DNA from: Candidatus Micrarchaeia archaeon
GTDB lineage: Archaea; Micrarchaeota; Micrarchaeia; CABMEP01
NCBI GenBank assembly: GCA_038880755.1
Contig: JAVZRC010000003.1
Span: forward strand, 17,231 to 81,230
DNA: 64,000 bases
Reading direction: 5' to 3'
This document shows, piece by piece, positions 18,580 to 28,249 of this stretch; position 1 is the stretch's first letter, and every line of letters begins with the position of its first letter. The notes beneath the pieces were generated by a model. It searched no databases. It worked only from the letters and a program-made list of their open reading frames with translations, and was not told where the DNA came from. The position numbers were made by a program, and so were the translations under genes.

Positions 18580-21183
18580 TCACTGTTTTGTTTTTATTAG
18601 GTGTTTCTTAACTTCAAATATTATTGTAATAATCACAATATTAGGAAGGATATACATCCATTGCACCAGAGTAAGAGGTTTAAGTTCAAATAAAGACGCC
18701 AAGAACGGTATGTAAAATGTAGCAAATATAATTAGAAAAGTTAAACAAATAGAGAGAATAGTATCCGAAGAAATGTGTTTCCATGATTCAAATAAGCTAT
18801 CTTTTATTGATATTGAGTTTATAGATATTGCTAATACAGTTAGAGATAATATTGCTATTGCTAATGTTCTACTATATCCTTCAAATATTGGGATTAATGT
18901 TAAATATCCAAAGTATATAGATGCAACTAGTGCAATTAAAAGCATTGCAAGGTATTCACTTGTTTCAGGAAATCTTTTCGATGTTTTAATTGCCAATGAT
19001 TTTTCATACAATCTTTCCTTCGAGAAATTCGTTGCAATTGCAACATCTGCAATTAAATTTATAAGTAGTATCTGGGTCGCAGTCATCATGTCTCCTGTAA
19101 ATATTATTGCGCTTATCATAACAGTAAAAAATATTGCCATATCTGATGCTGATAAAGCATAAAATGTTCTTTCTATGTTTCTTCTCATATCTCTTGATTC
19201 CTCTATTAGATCTGTTATACTTTCATATCTGTCGTTCTTTATTATTCCATCAGCATTATTCTTTATTATTCCTGGAGCACTTTCAACTGCTAGAGATACA
19301 TTTGTATATAATAATGGACTATAGTCTGTTCCTATAGATTCGATGTAGGTGACATGGTGTCCTTCTTTTTTAAGTGTATCTAATATCATGGCCTCGTATT
19401 CTTCAGTAGATTCTGAGAAAACAACTGATTCAAGTATTCTTTTTGTTCTTTCTTCAGCTCTCATATATTTTAGTTCTTCGCATATAACTGCTTTGTCTTT
19501 TTCAGTCATTATTCCAATTTCTCTTGCAAAGCTTACTGCTTCTCCACTTTTTGCTTTAGTTATTATAATAGGCTTTATTCCTGCTTCCTTAAGTTCTTGT
19601 ATTGCTTTTTTAACTTCCTGCTTTGGTGGGTCATATATACCTAATAAAGAAAGGAATGTAAAGTATTTTGGCTCTTCTTTTTTCCATGCAAATGCAATTG
19701 CATATGGGGTTTGTCCATTTGCAGTCATTTTAATTTCTTGATTTTCTATTTCTTCTTTAATTTTTTCATCAATCTTTAGGAATTTTCCATTTGAGTAAAT
19801 GGATTTACATCTTTCTTTTACTTTTTCAGAAGGTCCAAACATAACAAATGCAATTCTGTTTCTTTTCTTTATTTTAACAATTTTTACATCTTCCATTTCT
19901 TTACTTTCAAGCAACACCCATTCTCCTCTTACATTTGTTATTGGAATTCTATTTTTCATTGCCATTACTACCAGTGCACCTTCGATTGGATCGCCATCAA
20001 GATAAGGTGTATTATCTTTGTATTCTAGTGTTGCTTCTGTAGCAGCTGCGGCCATTTCCGTCATCATATCTATAGTTGCATAATTTCTTGTTCCTTTGAA
20101 AATACCTAGAACATCCCACCCATCTCCAGTTACATATACTTCTTTTCTGTCTATCCATATTCTTCTTACTGTGGGTTCGTTTCTTGTTAGAGATTTTAAC
20201 ATTTCTGTAACTACAATTGTAGTCCTGCCAATTTTATCCGTCGCAGCCTCTCTTCTAAGCACAACGAATTTAGACATCCTTTCTATTGTTGATGCATATA
20301 TGTAAGTCGCAACACTAAAAATAGTGTCAGGGATTGCAGCCACTGCAGCGGCAGCAGCAATTACAATTGCATTAAACAAAGGCATTCCGTCTGCAACTAG
20401 TTGAAATACTATAATAAGAGAAGCGAGATATATTACATTTCCAAAAGAATCAGTGGCCTTCTTTACTCTACTTATAGAATCGTTTTTCTTTGGATCTGTC
20501 GATAAAATGTTTTTAATCCCAAAAACAGTAAAGTATTTCGTATTCTTTCCTGTAGCTGTGACTGTTATTGTACATTCTCCCTTTTTAATAAAAGTTCCAG
20601 CATAAACAGAAGATGGATCTGATTTGTATGGCCTGAAGGTTTTTTCTACTTCCATTTCTGGTACTTTTTCCACAATTCCTCTTTGGAATATGTTTTCATC
20701 AACCAAGCAGTTTTTAGCTTTAATAACTATTCCATCTGCAGGAACAAGCATTCCTTCTTCAAGTATTAATATGTCACCTGGAACGATCTCTTCTATATCA
20801 AGTCTAACTATCTTTCCATTTCTGTATGCTTTTACATACCCATAAAATTCTTTAAGATTTTTTATTATTTTTTCTTCACTTTCTCTGTTTCTTATCCAAT
20901 TTATGACCACCGTTAGCAAGATTATTGATATTATGAATAGACTATGGACAATATTCACTGTAGCAAGAAAGATAGCTGCAAGAATTAAAATAATAATAGG
21001 ATAGCTAAACTGTGAAATAAGGAGTTCCAATTCACTTGTTTTTACATATTGATAAATAATGTTTTTTCCATTTCGCTTAAGTCGTTCATTCGCTTCTTCT
21101 GTTGTCAATCCAATAGGTAGATTTTTAATTTCATTACTAGTTTTTTCTTTTTTTTCATTTATTTCTTTTTTTCTCTCCGCCAT
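18580..21183 (-). CDS. P-type (type II-like) cation ATPase homologue with all catalytic motifs degenerate; probable pseudoenzyme
   Basis: 867 aa. Cation_ATPase_N-like GLTTEEANERLKRNGKN, VPGDILILEEG..VPADG, AAIPDTI, GDPIEGAL, DPPK and about 10 TM segments are retained. TGES is QRGI (nt 20674-20685), DKTGT is EMLKS (nt 20191-20205), TGD is TKA and GDGxND is SIGTDY. Confidence 0.8.
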   Translation of the reverse strand: MAERKKEINEKKEKTSNEIKNLPIGLTTEEANERLKRNGKNIIYQYVKTSELELLISQFSYPIIILILAAIFLATVNIVHSLFIISIILLTVVINWIRNRESEEKIIKNLKEFYGYVKAYRNGKIVRLDIEEIVPGDILILEEGMLVPADGIVIKAKNCLVDENIFQRGIVEKVPEMEVEKTFRPYKSDPSSVYAGTFIKKGECTITVTATGKNTKYFTVFGIKNILSTDPKKNDSISRVKKATDSFGNVIYLASLIIVFQLVADGMPLFNAIVIAAAAAVAAIPDTIFSVATYIYASTIERMSKFVVLRREAATDKIGRTTIVVTEMLKSLTRNEPTVRRIWIDRKEVYVTGDGWDVLGIFKGTRNYATIDMMTEMAAAATEATLEYKDNTPYLDGDPIEGALVVMAMKNRIPITNVRGEWVLLESKEMEDVKIVKIKKRNRIAFVMFGPSEKVKERCKSIYSNGKFLKIDEKIKEEIENQEIKMTANGQTPYAIAFAWKKEEPKYFTFLSLLGIYDPPKQEVKKAIQELKEAGIKPIIITKAKSGEAVSFAREIGIMTEKDKAVICEELKYMRAEERTKRILESVVFSESTEEYEAMILDTLKKEGHHVTYIESIGTDYSPLLYTNVSLAVESAPGIIKNNADGIIKNDRYESITDLIEESRDMRRNIERTFYALSASDMAIFFTVMISAIIFTGDMMTATQILLINLIADVAIATNFSKERLYEKSLAIKTSKRFPETSEYLAMLLIALVASIYFGYLTLIPIFEGYSRTLAIAILSLTVLAISINSISIKDSLFESWKHISSDTILSICLTFLIIFATFYIPFLASLFELKPLTLVQWMYILPNIVIITIIFEVKKHLIKTKQ

Positions 21184-21205
21184 ATAGATCAGCTAGTAAA
21201 AGCAT

Positions 21206-22432
21206 TTATTGCTTTACAATTATTCTTTCTCCTACGCTGCTTATTCTCTCAAGTTTTATAGGTATCTTTGTTCCTATGGGAGTCTGTGCTATTGCAGTTC
21301 CTGCTTTTTTATCTATTCCTATTACTTTTCCGATATATGCACCTATTTCGGTTATTATCTCCTTTCCTTCTAATCTTATCTTTGCTGCGACTCTTATCTT
21401 TAACGTTCTAGCAAATTCTGTTGCAAGTAATGTTACTATTATAGAGATAATTATGGCGATTAAAAATTCATAGAACCATGCCTCTCCGACTATCCAAGAG
21501 AGAGCAAGATATGATAAGAGAGAGACAACTATTCCATTGAATGAATACAATCCACTATCTATAAGTTCAAACAAACTTCCTTTTGGATAAAGTTCAATCG
21601 CCCTTCCAATTATTATTAAAATTATTATGAATACTGCAAAGGGCCATAGTATAGGTCGTAATCCAAATGATAGAGATTCAAAAAAGCTATAACCATTTGA
21701 GCTTGCATTAATAAATTCATTCACACCTATTGAGATAGATATCAAGGCTAATGCAAATATAGGCACATAAACAACAAGTGTAGTTCTTGTAGAGGATGAG
21801 AATAGATTTCTCACTGTATTTATTATAAAATCCTCTATTCCAAATCCTTTTAGTAAGAGATATGAACCAACAATACCAACTATAGGTCTCCATCCATATC
21901 CAAGCATATCGCTAATAAGGAAAGAGATCAATATTAAAGCAGGAACTCCGAAGAAAAGTTTTGCATAATATGGCTCTTTTAGTTTACTTAAAAGAGTAAC
22001 GTATGTTTTTTCAAGCTCTTTTGCCTGTTTCATGACTACAGTTCTTTTTGAGTCAAGTTTTACTCTTGAAGAGATTAAAGGAAGCAGTTCTTCGTCATCG
22101 GCCCCATCAGTTACAAAAATACATGATGTTGCATGAAATTGTTGGAGAATAGACTCCAGTTGTGTAACTATTTTCTTATCTGCATGATACCCTAATCGGC
22201 TATCTCCAGTAATAGTTACAACTTCTGCTTTTTTAGTTTTTATTATTTCATCATAGATCTTTACTGCCTGAAACATTGCATTTGCATCTGTATCTTCTGG
22301 ATCGCTTAGAAGAAGATTAGTTGCAGCATGTATATTTGCTTGTCTTCCTATTACTGGCCCAGTTATTCGTGCTTTTTTACCTAAATCATCATCACGATCT
22401 ATACATAATATTAGTATATTCTCTTTTGTCAT
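21206..22432 (-). CDS. DUF373-family archaeal integral membrane protein
   Basis: 408 aa. The N-terminal ILILCIDRDDDLG cytosolic domain followed by multiple TM helices matches my memory of DUF373. Has an extra soluble C-terminal ~60 aa. Confidence 0.5.
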   Translation of the reverse strand: MTKENILILCIDRDDDLGKKARITGPVIGRQANIHAATNLLLSDPEDTDANAMFQAVKIYDEIIKTKKAEVVTITGDSRLGYHADKKIVTQLESILQQFHATSCIFVTDGADDEELLPLISSRVKLDSKRTVVMKQAKELEKTYVTLLSKLKEPYYAKLFFGVPALILISFLISDMLGYGWRPIVGIVGSYLLLKGFGIEDFIINTVRNLFSSSTRTTLVVYVPIFALALISISIGVNEFINASSNGYSFFESLSFGLRPILWPFAVFIIILIIIGRAIELYPKGSLFELIDSGLYSFNGIVVSLLSYLALSWIVGEAWFYEFLIAIIISIIVTLLATEFARTLKIRVAAKIRLEGKEIITEIGAYIGKVIGIDKKAGTAIAQTPIGTKIPIKLERISSVGERIIVKQ

Positions 22433-22590
22433 TAAAGCACCATTGAATTTTTCTATGAATAAATGTTATTAAATATTTATAAATTCTATTATTGTATATA
22501 ATATAATCTCATGTTATTATAATTTATTATAAATCTAAGATCTGTTTTAATTGATTAATAATTTGAGAGTTAATTTTAAAGTTGGTAGAT

Positions 22591-23298
22591 ATGGAAAACG
22601 ATGAAGAGATTATAGCTGTTCCTGGAGATATACTGGGAACAGAAGAGGAATTCCTTCCTGGAGAGGGAACGTATACAGATAAAGAAGGTAATATTCGTGC
22701 ATTAAACGCAGGAATTGTTGAAATCAGCAAGGATAGAAAAATATCTGTTTTTTCAGATAGAGAACCGGAAAAACTTAAACCAGGCGATGTAGTTTATGGA
22801 AGAGTGGAAGAAATGTTTGAGGCTGTTGCATTCCTTACTATCGAGCACCCAAATTCTTCAAGTATAGAACGAATCGATAGGATGTCAGCAGTTATTCCAG
22901 TTTCAGAGATAAAAGAAGGATATGTTAAATCAATACGAGATGCAATTCATGTTGGTGATATCATAATAGGTGCAGTTAAAGAAGTTACTCCATTAAGAAT
23001 AGTCGTTACTCTTAAGCCAAAGGGAATGGGCGTAGTAATGGCATATTGTAGTTACGATCGAAAGCCGATGTTATTGAAAGGAAGATCTCTTATCTGTAGT
23101 AAATGTGGACAAAAAGAGGAACGTCTTATTGCAGATAGCTATGGAAAATTTGAATATATAGAATCTGCACAAATAGCCCCAGAAAGAAAAGATAGATTTC
23201 AGAAAGCAAGAATAGCAAAAGGAAGATTTTCTGGAAGAAAAAAATATAGATATTTCCAAGAAAAATTTCAATTTAAGCAAAGAAGATCAAGATTCTAA
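22591..23298 (+). CDS. csl4: exosome RNA-binding subunit Csl4
   Basis: N-terminal VPGD..G..EEFLPGEGTY, S1 domain GDVVYGRVEE, Zn-ribbon-like C..D....LICSKCG, then a basic C-terminal tail. ATG at 22591 (track ORF begins at an upstream TTG, 22582). Confidence 0.65.
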   Translation: MENDEEIIAVPGDILGTEEEFLPGEGTYTDKEGNIRALNAGIVEISKDRKISVFSDREPEKLKPGDVVYGRVEEMFEAVAFLTIEHPNSSSIERIDRMSAVIPVSEIKEGYVKSIRDAIHVGDIIIGAVKEVTPLRIVVTLKPKGMGVVMAYCSYDRKPMLLKGRSLICSKCGQKEERLIADSYGKFEYIESAQIAPERKDRFQKARIAKGRFSGRKKYRYFQEKFQFKQRRSRF

Positions 23299-23363
23299 TA
23301 GTTTTAGTATTTTAAAGTTTTGTCTACAATAGATTTAATATTGTATATTAATGAGGTGTTCAA

Positions 23364-23627
23364 ATGTCTGAATTAAAAGTTAATAAAATAGATAAAAATC
23401 ATGTAGAGATTCATTTCCTAGATGAAGATATCGCATTTGTTCATGCACTCAGAGAATTTGTTATCGAAAACGATGATGTTGAGTTTGCTGCAGTTAAGCA
23501 GGAGCACATAGAAGTGGGCGAACCTATTCTTGTTGTGAAAACAAAGAAAGGAAATCCAATTCCTATTGTTGCAAAGGCAGCAGCAAAACTTGCAAAGACA
23601 GCTGAAGATCTCTCAAAGTCAATCTAA
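23364..23627 (+). CDS. rpoL: DNA-directed RNA polymerase subunit L (Rpo11)
   Basis: 87 aa. Shows the IHFLDEDIAFVHALREFVIENDDVEFAAVKQEH pattern. csl4-rpoL-DUF99 synteny is conserved in archaea. GAGGTG lies 6 nt upstream. Confidence 0.75.
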   Translation: MSELKVNKIDKNHVEIHFLDEDIAFVHALREFVIENDDVEFAAVKQEHIEVGEPILVVKTKKGNPIPIVAKAAAKLAKTAEDLSKSI

Positions 23628-23661
23628 TAGAATAAAATAATATATGGAATTCTCTGATTAG

Positions 23662-24252
23662 ATGTCACAACTAATCTGCAAAGAAAGTATAAAAATAGAT
23701 AAAAATATTCGAATTCTTGCAGTGGACGATACCCCCAGAATTAATTCTTCTTCTTTTCTTATAGGGATAGTTTATAGGAATGGAATTGTAGAGGGAGCTG
23801 TCAGTACTAAGATAACATACGATGGAAATGATGGCACTGAACAAATAATAAAGATGATAAAGAGATCTCGTTTTTCAAATCAGATAAAATTAATTCTGCT
23901 GAATAGCATTACAATGGGAGGACTGAATATAATAGATATTTCTAAATTATCCGCCTCGCTTTCAATACCAGTTATTGCAATTACTCGTCACCAGCCAAGA
24001 GTTTCTGAATTGGAAAAAGCAGTTAGTAAACTTGATATTCCGGAAGAGGAAAAAGAAAGAAAACTTAATGCAATTAAGAATGTTGGAGAACCGTTTAAAA
24101 TCAAAACAAAACCTATACTTTATGCTCAGGCAGCAGGCATAGACAGGTTTAAGGCAACGGAAGCAATCAAAATTATAGGCATAGAACCTTTGAGATTATC
24201 ACATATAATAGCTTCTGCACTTGTTTTAGGCGAATCAAAGGGAAGATTCTAA
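23662..24252 (+). CDS. DUF99 (UPF0215, endonuclease V-like fold) protein
   Basis: 196 aa. ILAVDDTP.., GLNIIDI, PVIAITR pattern and position after rpoL. Confidence 0.6.
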   Translation: MSQLICKESIKIDKNIRILAVDDTPRINSSSFLIGIVYRNGIVEGAVSTKITYDGNDGTEQIIKMIKRSRFSNQIKLILLNSITMGGLNIIDISKLSASLSIPVIAITRHQPRVSELEKAVSKLDIPEEEKERKLNAIKNVGEPFKIKTKPILYAQAAGIDRFKATEAIKIIGIEPLRLSHIIASALVLGESKGRF

Positions 24253-24514
24253 TTAATTTTAATTTTGCAATATTCTTTCTAAAGTAGTGCCACCCAGATA
24301 TAAGTAGAGCAAATAAATCTTATTTTTTGGTTTGGATCTAGATCTAATAAATCTTATATCTTCTTTTTCTTTTGTATCACATTTCTTTTATACTACATAC
24401 TTTACTACATAATCTATTTATTGAATATTTAATTTACTTTTTATTTTTGTTTTTCAGTTATATTTATCTATTTTTTTATCTATAATTATTTATTCATAAC
24501 TAATAAGTCTTAAT

Positions 24515-24704
24515 GGGCCAGTAGCTCAGAGGTAGAGCGCTTCGTTCGCATAAACTTTCTTAGAAAGAAAGTTTAATCAAAGAACTTTCTGATGAAACTC
24601 TTTAACAAAGAGTTTCATTAATAAAGTGGTTGAACTTTCCTAAAACGAAAGTAGTAAAGTTTCGGAAAACGAAGAGGCCGCGAGTTCGAATCTCGCCTGG
24701 TCCA
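24515..24704 (+). tRNA. tRNA-Ala(CGC) with a 118-nt intron at the canonical 37/38 position (intron 24551-24668)
   Basis: Hand fold: acceptor GGGCCAG/CTGGTCC with G3:U70 (Ala identity), D arm GCTC-AGAGGTA-GAGC, anticodon stem CTTCG/CGAAG, loop TT-CGC-A|intron|A, T arm GCGAG-TTCGAAT-CTCGC, discriminator A. No encoded CCA. Confidence 0.85.
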
Positions 24705-24752
24705 TGATTAGTATGGTCCATAATTTAGTAAATAATCAATAAAGAGATTAAT

Positions 24753-25982
24753 ATGAAAAAAGCTGAAGGAAAAAAGAATATTAAAAGTAATATCTTTTGG
24801 CTTGGGATCGTAAGCCTTCTTGCAGATGCTTCTTCAGAGATGATTGCCCCAGTTATGCCACTGTTTCTTTCCACTGTTCTTGGGGCAAGTGGATTTATGA
24901 TAGGATTGATTGAAGGAATTGCAAAATCTGCTGAGAGACTGCTATCATTTATTTTTGGATGGTATTCTGATAAGATTGGAAAAAGAAAACCTGTGATTGC
25001 GTTTGGTTACTTTCTTTCATCAATTATGAAGGGAGCATTCGCATTCACAAATGTCTGGACTGAATTTTTGTTTGCAAGAGTTATCGAAAGAACCGGAAAG
25101 GCGATCAGAGATGCACCAAGAGATGCACTGCTTGCTTCTTCAACTGGAGACTCACTTGAGGAGAGAAGAAAGGGATTTGCGCTGCATAGAATGTTAGATA
25201 CGCTTGGTGCAATAATAGGTCCTATGATAGCGCTTCTTTTTGTAGCCTCTCTAACGCTGGATTTTGAAAGCACTGTAAGGAATCTTTTCATTCTCTCACT
25301 TATACCTGGTCTCCTTGGCGTCTTAATAGTATTAATTTTTGTAAAAGATGTTGAGCTTAAGAAATCAGAAAGAACTAAGAAATCGATCTCAAAATCATTT
25401 TCTATAGAATATGGAGATAACTATAAGCAATTTTTGTTTTCCTTAGTTCCGTTTTTCCTTTTTGCCCCTCCACTCGCGTTCATATACCTACAAGCTAGCG
25501 AATTCGGCCTTGTTCTATCTGGGGTGATAACACTCGGCTTTTTGTATTCCGTGTTTTATATCTTGGGTGCGAATCTAATTAATTTCATAACAGATAAATT
25601 CAAGATAAAAATAGGAAAGAAGCAGGGAATTGAAATTTCACTTTTATTTGTAATGCTTTCGTTCCTATCAGTTTTTGTTGTCCATTATTTGCAATTAGAT
25701 CAGGGGAATGCTCTTACGTTTATTGTTCTGATCTTAGCATTAGTTCTTTATGGAATGGGAATCGGAATGTTCGAAGTAGAGTCTAAGTCCTACATATCTC
25801 TTCTTGTAGAGAAAAAAGAGATGGGGGGTGCGTTTGGAGCTTACCAGACAATAAGTGGAATTATGATAATCTTCTCAGGTTTGATATTTGGTTTTATCTG
25901 GGATTTTTCACCTGCGTTGGCATTCTTAATAGCAAGCATCGCTTCGCTTCTTTCATTAGTTATCTTCAGAATGTTCCATTAA
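24753..25982 (+). CDS. MFS-type transporter
   Basis: 409 aa, about 12 predicted TM helices, with a G.YSDKIGKRKP loop (MFS motif A-like) between TM2 and TM3. Confidence 0.7.
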   Translation: MKKAEGKKNIKSNIFWLGIVSLLADASSEMIAPVMPLFLSTVLGASGFMIGLIEGIAKSAERLLSFIFGWYSDKIGKRKPVIAFGYFLSSIMKGAFAFTNVWTEFLFARVIERTGKAIRDAPRDALLASSTGDSLEERRKGFALHRMLDTLGAIIGPMIALLFVASLTLDFESTVRNLFILSLIPGLLGVLIVLIFVKDVELKKSERTKKSISKSFSIEYGDNYKQFLFSLVPFFLFAPPLAFIYLQASEFGLVLSGVITLGFLYSVFYILGANLINFITDKFKIKIGKKQGIEISLLFVMLSFLSVFVVHYLQLDQGNALTFIVLILALVLYGMGIGMFEVESKSYISLLVEKKEMGGAFGAYQTISGIMIIFSGLIFGFIWDFSPALAFLIASIASLLSLVIFRMFH

Positions 25983-26046
25983 TTTTCCTTTAATTATTTT
26001 TTTGTTTATCTTTTTTATATTCATCTTTTATATTTTGATTATAATT

Positions 26047-26949
26047 CTAATGCAGCAAAATTGTATCGCATCCTTCTGGTTCTCCATAATATGCAGGACC
26101 GCTTATAACAAGTTTTACATATCCAAGTATAGGTATTCTGAAGATTACCTTTCCTTTTAAGTCACTTTCTCTCACAATATCAAAATAGCTAACGTCCATA
26201 TAGTTGTTGTTGTCTCCCTTTGTTAGCAGATAGTAGCTTTCTCCCACTTTAAGCTTGAGAAATACTCTGTGGACTATATCCATGTTTGTGTATGTTCCAT
26301 TTACATGGGATGCATAAACTATTACATCGTTAGTGAGATTTTCATTTATTTCTTTTCCCTTAATATATATTGATCTCACGCATTCAGGAGAATAACCTAT
26401 AAGTTTCTTTGTTGAAGAAGAAATTCTTGGACACATGCTCTGGCATTTGTAAGTGATGCTTTCATTCTTGGTAGAGCCACATAGAACTTTAGAATTATTT
26501 ATATCATTCAGTTCTTCTTCTGTTATTTCAATTGTAGGTGCATTGATGTCTTTTGCCTTTATCCCCTGCACTATTACAAAGTCTCCCCTCTCGTAAGATG
26601 GCAGAAGAGAGCATGAAACAACACCGCTAATTGGAACAGAGGTTCCAAGCAAGAAAGATATGGCTGCAAATATAATTATTGCAAGTGCAGCAGCCTTTAC
26701 TATCTCAATTATCTCATGTTTCCAGCTTGTTTGCGATGCACTTACATAAATGTCAACAAAAAAATAAGCAATAAGAGAAAAGCCTGAAAGAAATGCGAAG
26801 ATTATGGATTTTGTCAAAAGATAAAGAACGAAAGATATTCCAAAAACAATCAGTAACAGATTGCTTTTATGCAGTTCTGCCAGTTTTTCTTTTCGTTTGT
26901 CTTTCTTTTCTATTTTTTTTGCATTTTTTTCTAATGCGTCCTTATCCAT
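26047..26949 (-). CDS. type I signal peptidase (S26B / Sec11-like) with Cys-rich insertion
   Basis: 300 aa. N-terminal TM helices, SCSLLPSYERGDFVIV (Ser box), DIVHRV (His box), TKGDNN motif typical of archaeal/eukaryal S26B. Confidence 0.65.
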   Translation of the reverse strand: MDKDALEKNAKKIEKKDKRKEKLAELHKSNLLLIVFGISFVLYLLTKSIIFAFLSGFSLIAYFFVDIYVSASQTSWKHEIIEIVKAAALAIIIFAAISFLLGTSVPISGVVSCSLLPSYERGDFVIVQGIKAKDINAPTIEITEEELNDINNSKVLCGSTKNESITYKCQSMCPRISSSTKKLIGYSPECVRSIYIKGKEINENLTNDVIVYASHVNGTYTNMDIVHRVFLKLKVGESYYLLTKGDNNNYMDVSYFDIVRESDLKGKVIFRIPILGYVKLVISGPAYYGEPEGCDTILLH

Positions 26950-27092
26950 GATTATATTTGTTTGTAAAGTAATTAAAATATATCTTAATATATATTAAAA
27001 ATAGAATTAAGAAAAATAAACGATCAAAATAATAAAAAATAGAAATTTAAAAAAGAAAAATTAAGGCGATTGCAATGACAGAATAGTTGTGT

Positions 27093-28169
27093 TTACCACA
27101 TAACCTCTTCTATCATTTCATATGCCTTGTGTTCTTGTTTCTGCGGCTCAAGGTTGCCAAGCAATGATGTGGATGTCACACCAGTCATGATTGCAGTGAC
27201 AACAACCTTGTCTCCAAGTTCTGGCATGAGTCTTGCTCCCCAGATTACGTTTGCATTGTTGTCAAATGCCTGAGTTATTCCTTCACCGATCTTGGTTGCC
27301 TCACCCAATGTAAGGTTTGGACCACCCGCTATGTGGATAAGTGCTCCCTTTGCACCCTCATAACTGACATCGAGTAATGGGTGTTCGAGCGTGCTCTTTA
27401 TCGCATCCTCAACCTTATTTGTTCCCTTTCCTTCTCCAACTGAGAGCATTGCAACTCCACCATTGCCCATGATTGCTCTTATGTCTGCAAAGTCAATGTT
27501 GATGAGCGACGGTGTCATTATTGTATCAGATATTCCCTTTATTGCTCTTGCAAGGATCTCATCTGCTACATTGAATGCCTCGTTCATTGGTAAGTTTGGC
27601 ACATATTGAACTAATCTGTTGTTGTCAATCACAACTACAGTGTCACATGTCTTTCTTAATTCTTCCAATCCCCATCTTGCCTTTTCTGTTCTTGCTCTCT
27701 CAAGAGAGAACGGGTATGTAACCATACCAACTACTATTGCACCTTCTCTCTTTGCAACCTCTGCAACAACTGGTGCAGCACCTGTACCTGTACCTCCTCC
27801 CATACCTGCTGTAAGAAATACTAAATCTGCTCCGCTTAACGCCTCTGCAAGCTTGTCCTTTGATGCCTCGGCTGCCTTTCTTGCAACCTCAGGATATCCT
27901 CCAGCACCAAGACCTCTTGTTATTGATTGACCGATTAATAGTCTCTTGTGAGCCTCTGTTATCTTAAGGTGATTGACATCAGTGTTTATTGCTATTGTGT
28001 CTGCTGTCTTTATTCCAGATCTCATTATTCTTGTGATGCTGTTGCATCCTCCTCCACCTACTCCTACTACAGAGATTCTGATCTTGTCAGATCCAAGGTA
28101 ATCCTTCTCCGGTGCCTTGGTCGCCTTAACTGTGGTTCCAGATGTAAACGAACTTAGGAAGCTTTCCAT
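27093..28169 (-). CDS. ftsZ: cell division protein FtsZ, tandem paralogue B
   Basis: GGGGCN, tubulin signature [18 protein letters not shown], full FtsZ core. ATG at 28169 is preceded by GGTG (track ORF starts at an upstream TTG, 28187). Confidence 0.9.
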   Translation of the reverse strand: MESFLSSFTSGTTVKATKAPEKDYLGSDKIRISVVGVGGGGCNSITRIMRSGIKTADTIAINTDVNHLKITEAHKRLLIGQSITRGLGAGGYPEVARKAAEASKDKLAEALSGADLVFLTAGMGGGTGTGAAPVVAEVAKREGAIVVGMVTYPFSLERARTEKARWGLEELRKTCDTVVVIDNNRLVQYVPNLPMNEAFNVADEILARAIKGISDTIMTPSLINIDFADIRAIMGNGGVAMLSVGEGKGTNKVEDAIKSTLEHPLLDVSYEGAKGALIHIAGGPNLTLGEATKIGEGITQAFDNNANVIWGARLMPELGDKVVVTAIMTGVTSTSLLGNLEPQKQEHKAYEMIEEVMW

Positions 28170-28221
28170 TTTAACACCCTGCCTCAAATATTATTATTTT
28201 CCACTAAAAAAATTAAGTGGA

Positions 28222-28240
28222 CTGGCTGCAACGCAGCCAG
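28222..28240 (-). terminator. perfect 8-bp GC-rich hairpin between the two ftsZ genes, followed on the minus strand by a T7 run
   Basis: CTGGCTGC-aac-GCAGCCAG, 10 nt downstream of the stop of ftsZ-A. The minus strand continues tccacttaaTTTTTTTag. Confidence 0.45.
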
Positions 28241-28249
28241 CTAACAAAT

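Noticed and set aside
24253-24514. 262-nt extremely AT-rich gap with short TTATCTAT-type repeats, considered as a replication origin
   Set aside because: No recognisable origin recognition box repeats and no cdc6/orc1 gene nearby. It is adequately explained as a tRNA promoter or spacer.
24587-24600. CTGATGA inside the tRNA-Ala intron as a possible C box of an intron-encoded C/D sRNA (as in archaeal tRNA-Trp introns)
   Set aside because: No downstream D box (CTGA), no D'/C' pair at guide-length spacing, and the first position is C rather than a purine. The sequence is better explained as part of the 13-bp hairpin.
24697-24728. TGGTCCAT at the tRNA-Ala 3' end repeated 17 nt downstream, a possible att-site remnant of an integrated element
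   Set aside because: Only 8 nt are repeated, and no integrase or foreign-looking genes lie downstream (MFS transporter, signal peptidase, ftsZ). The two copies can also pair as an imperfect hairpin in the 3' trailer.
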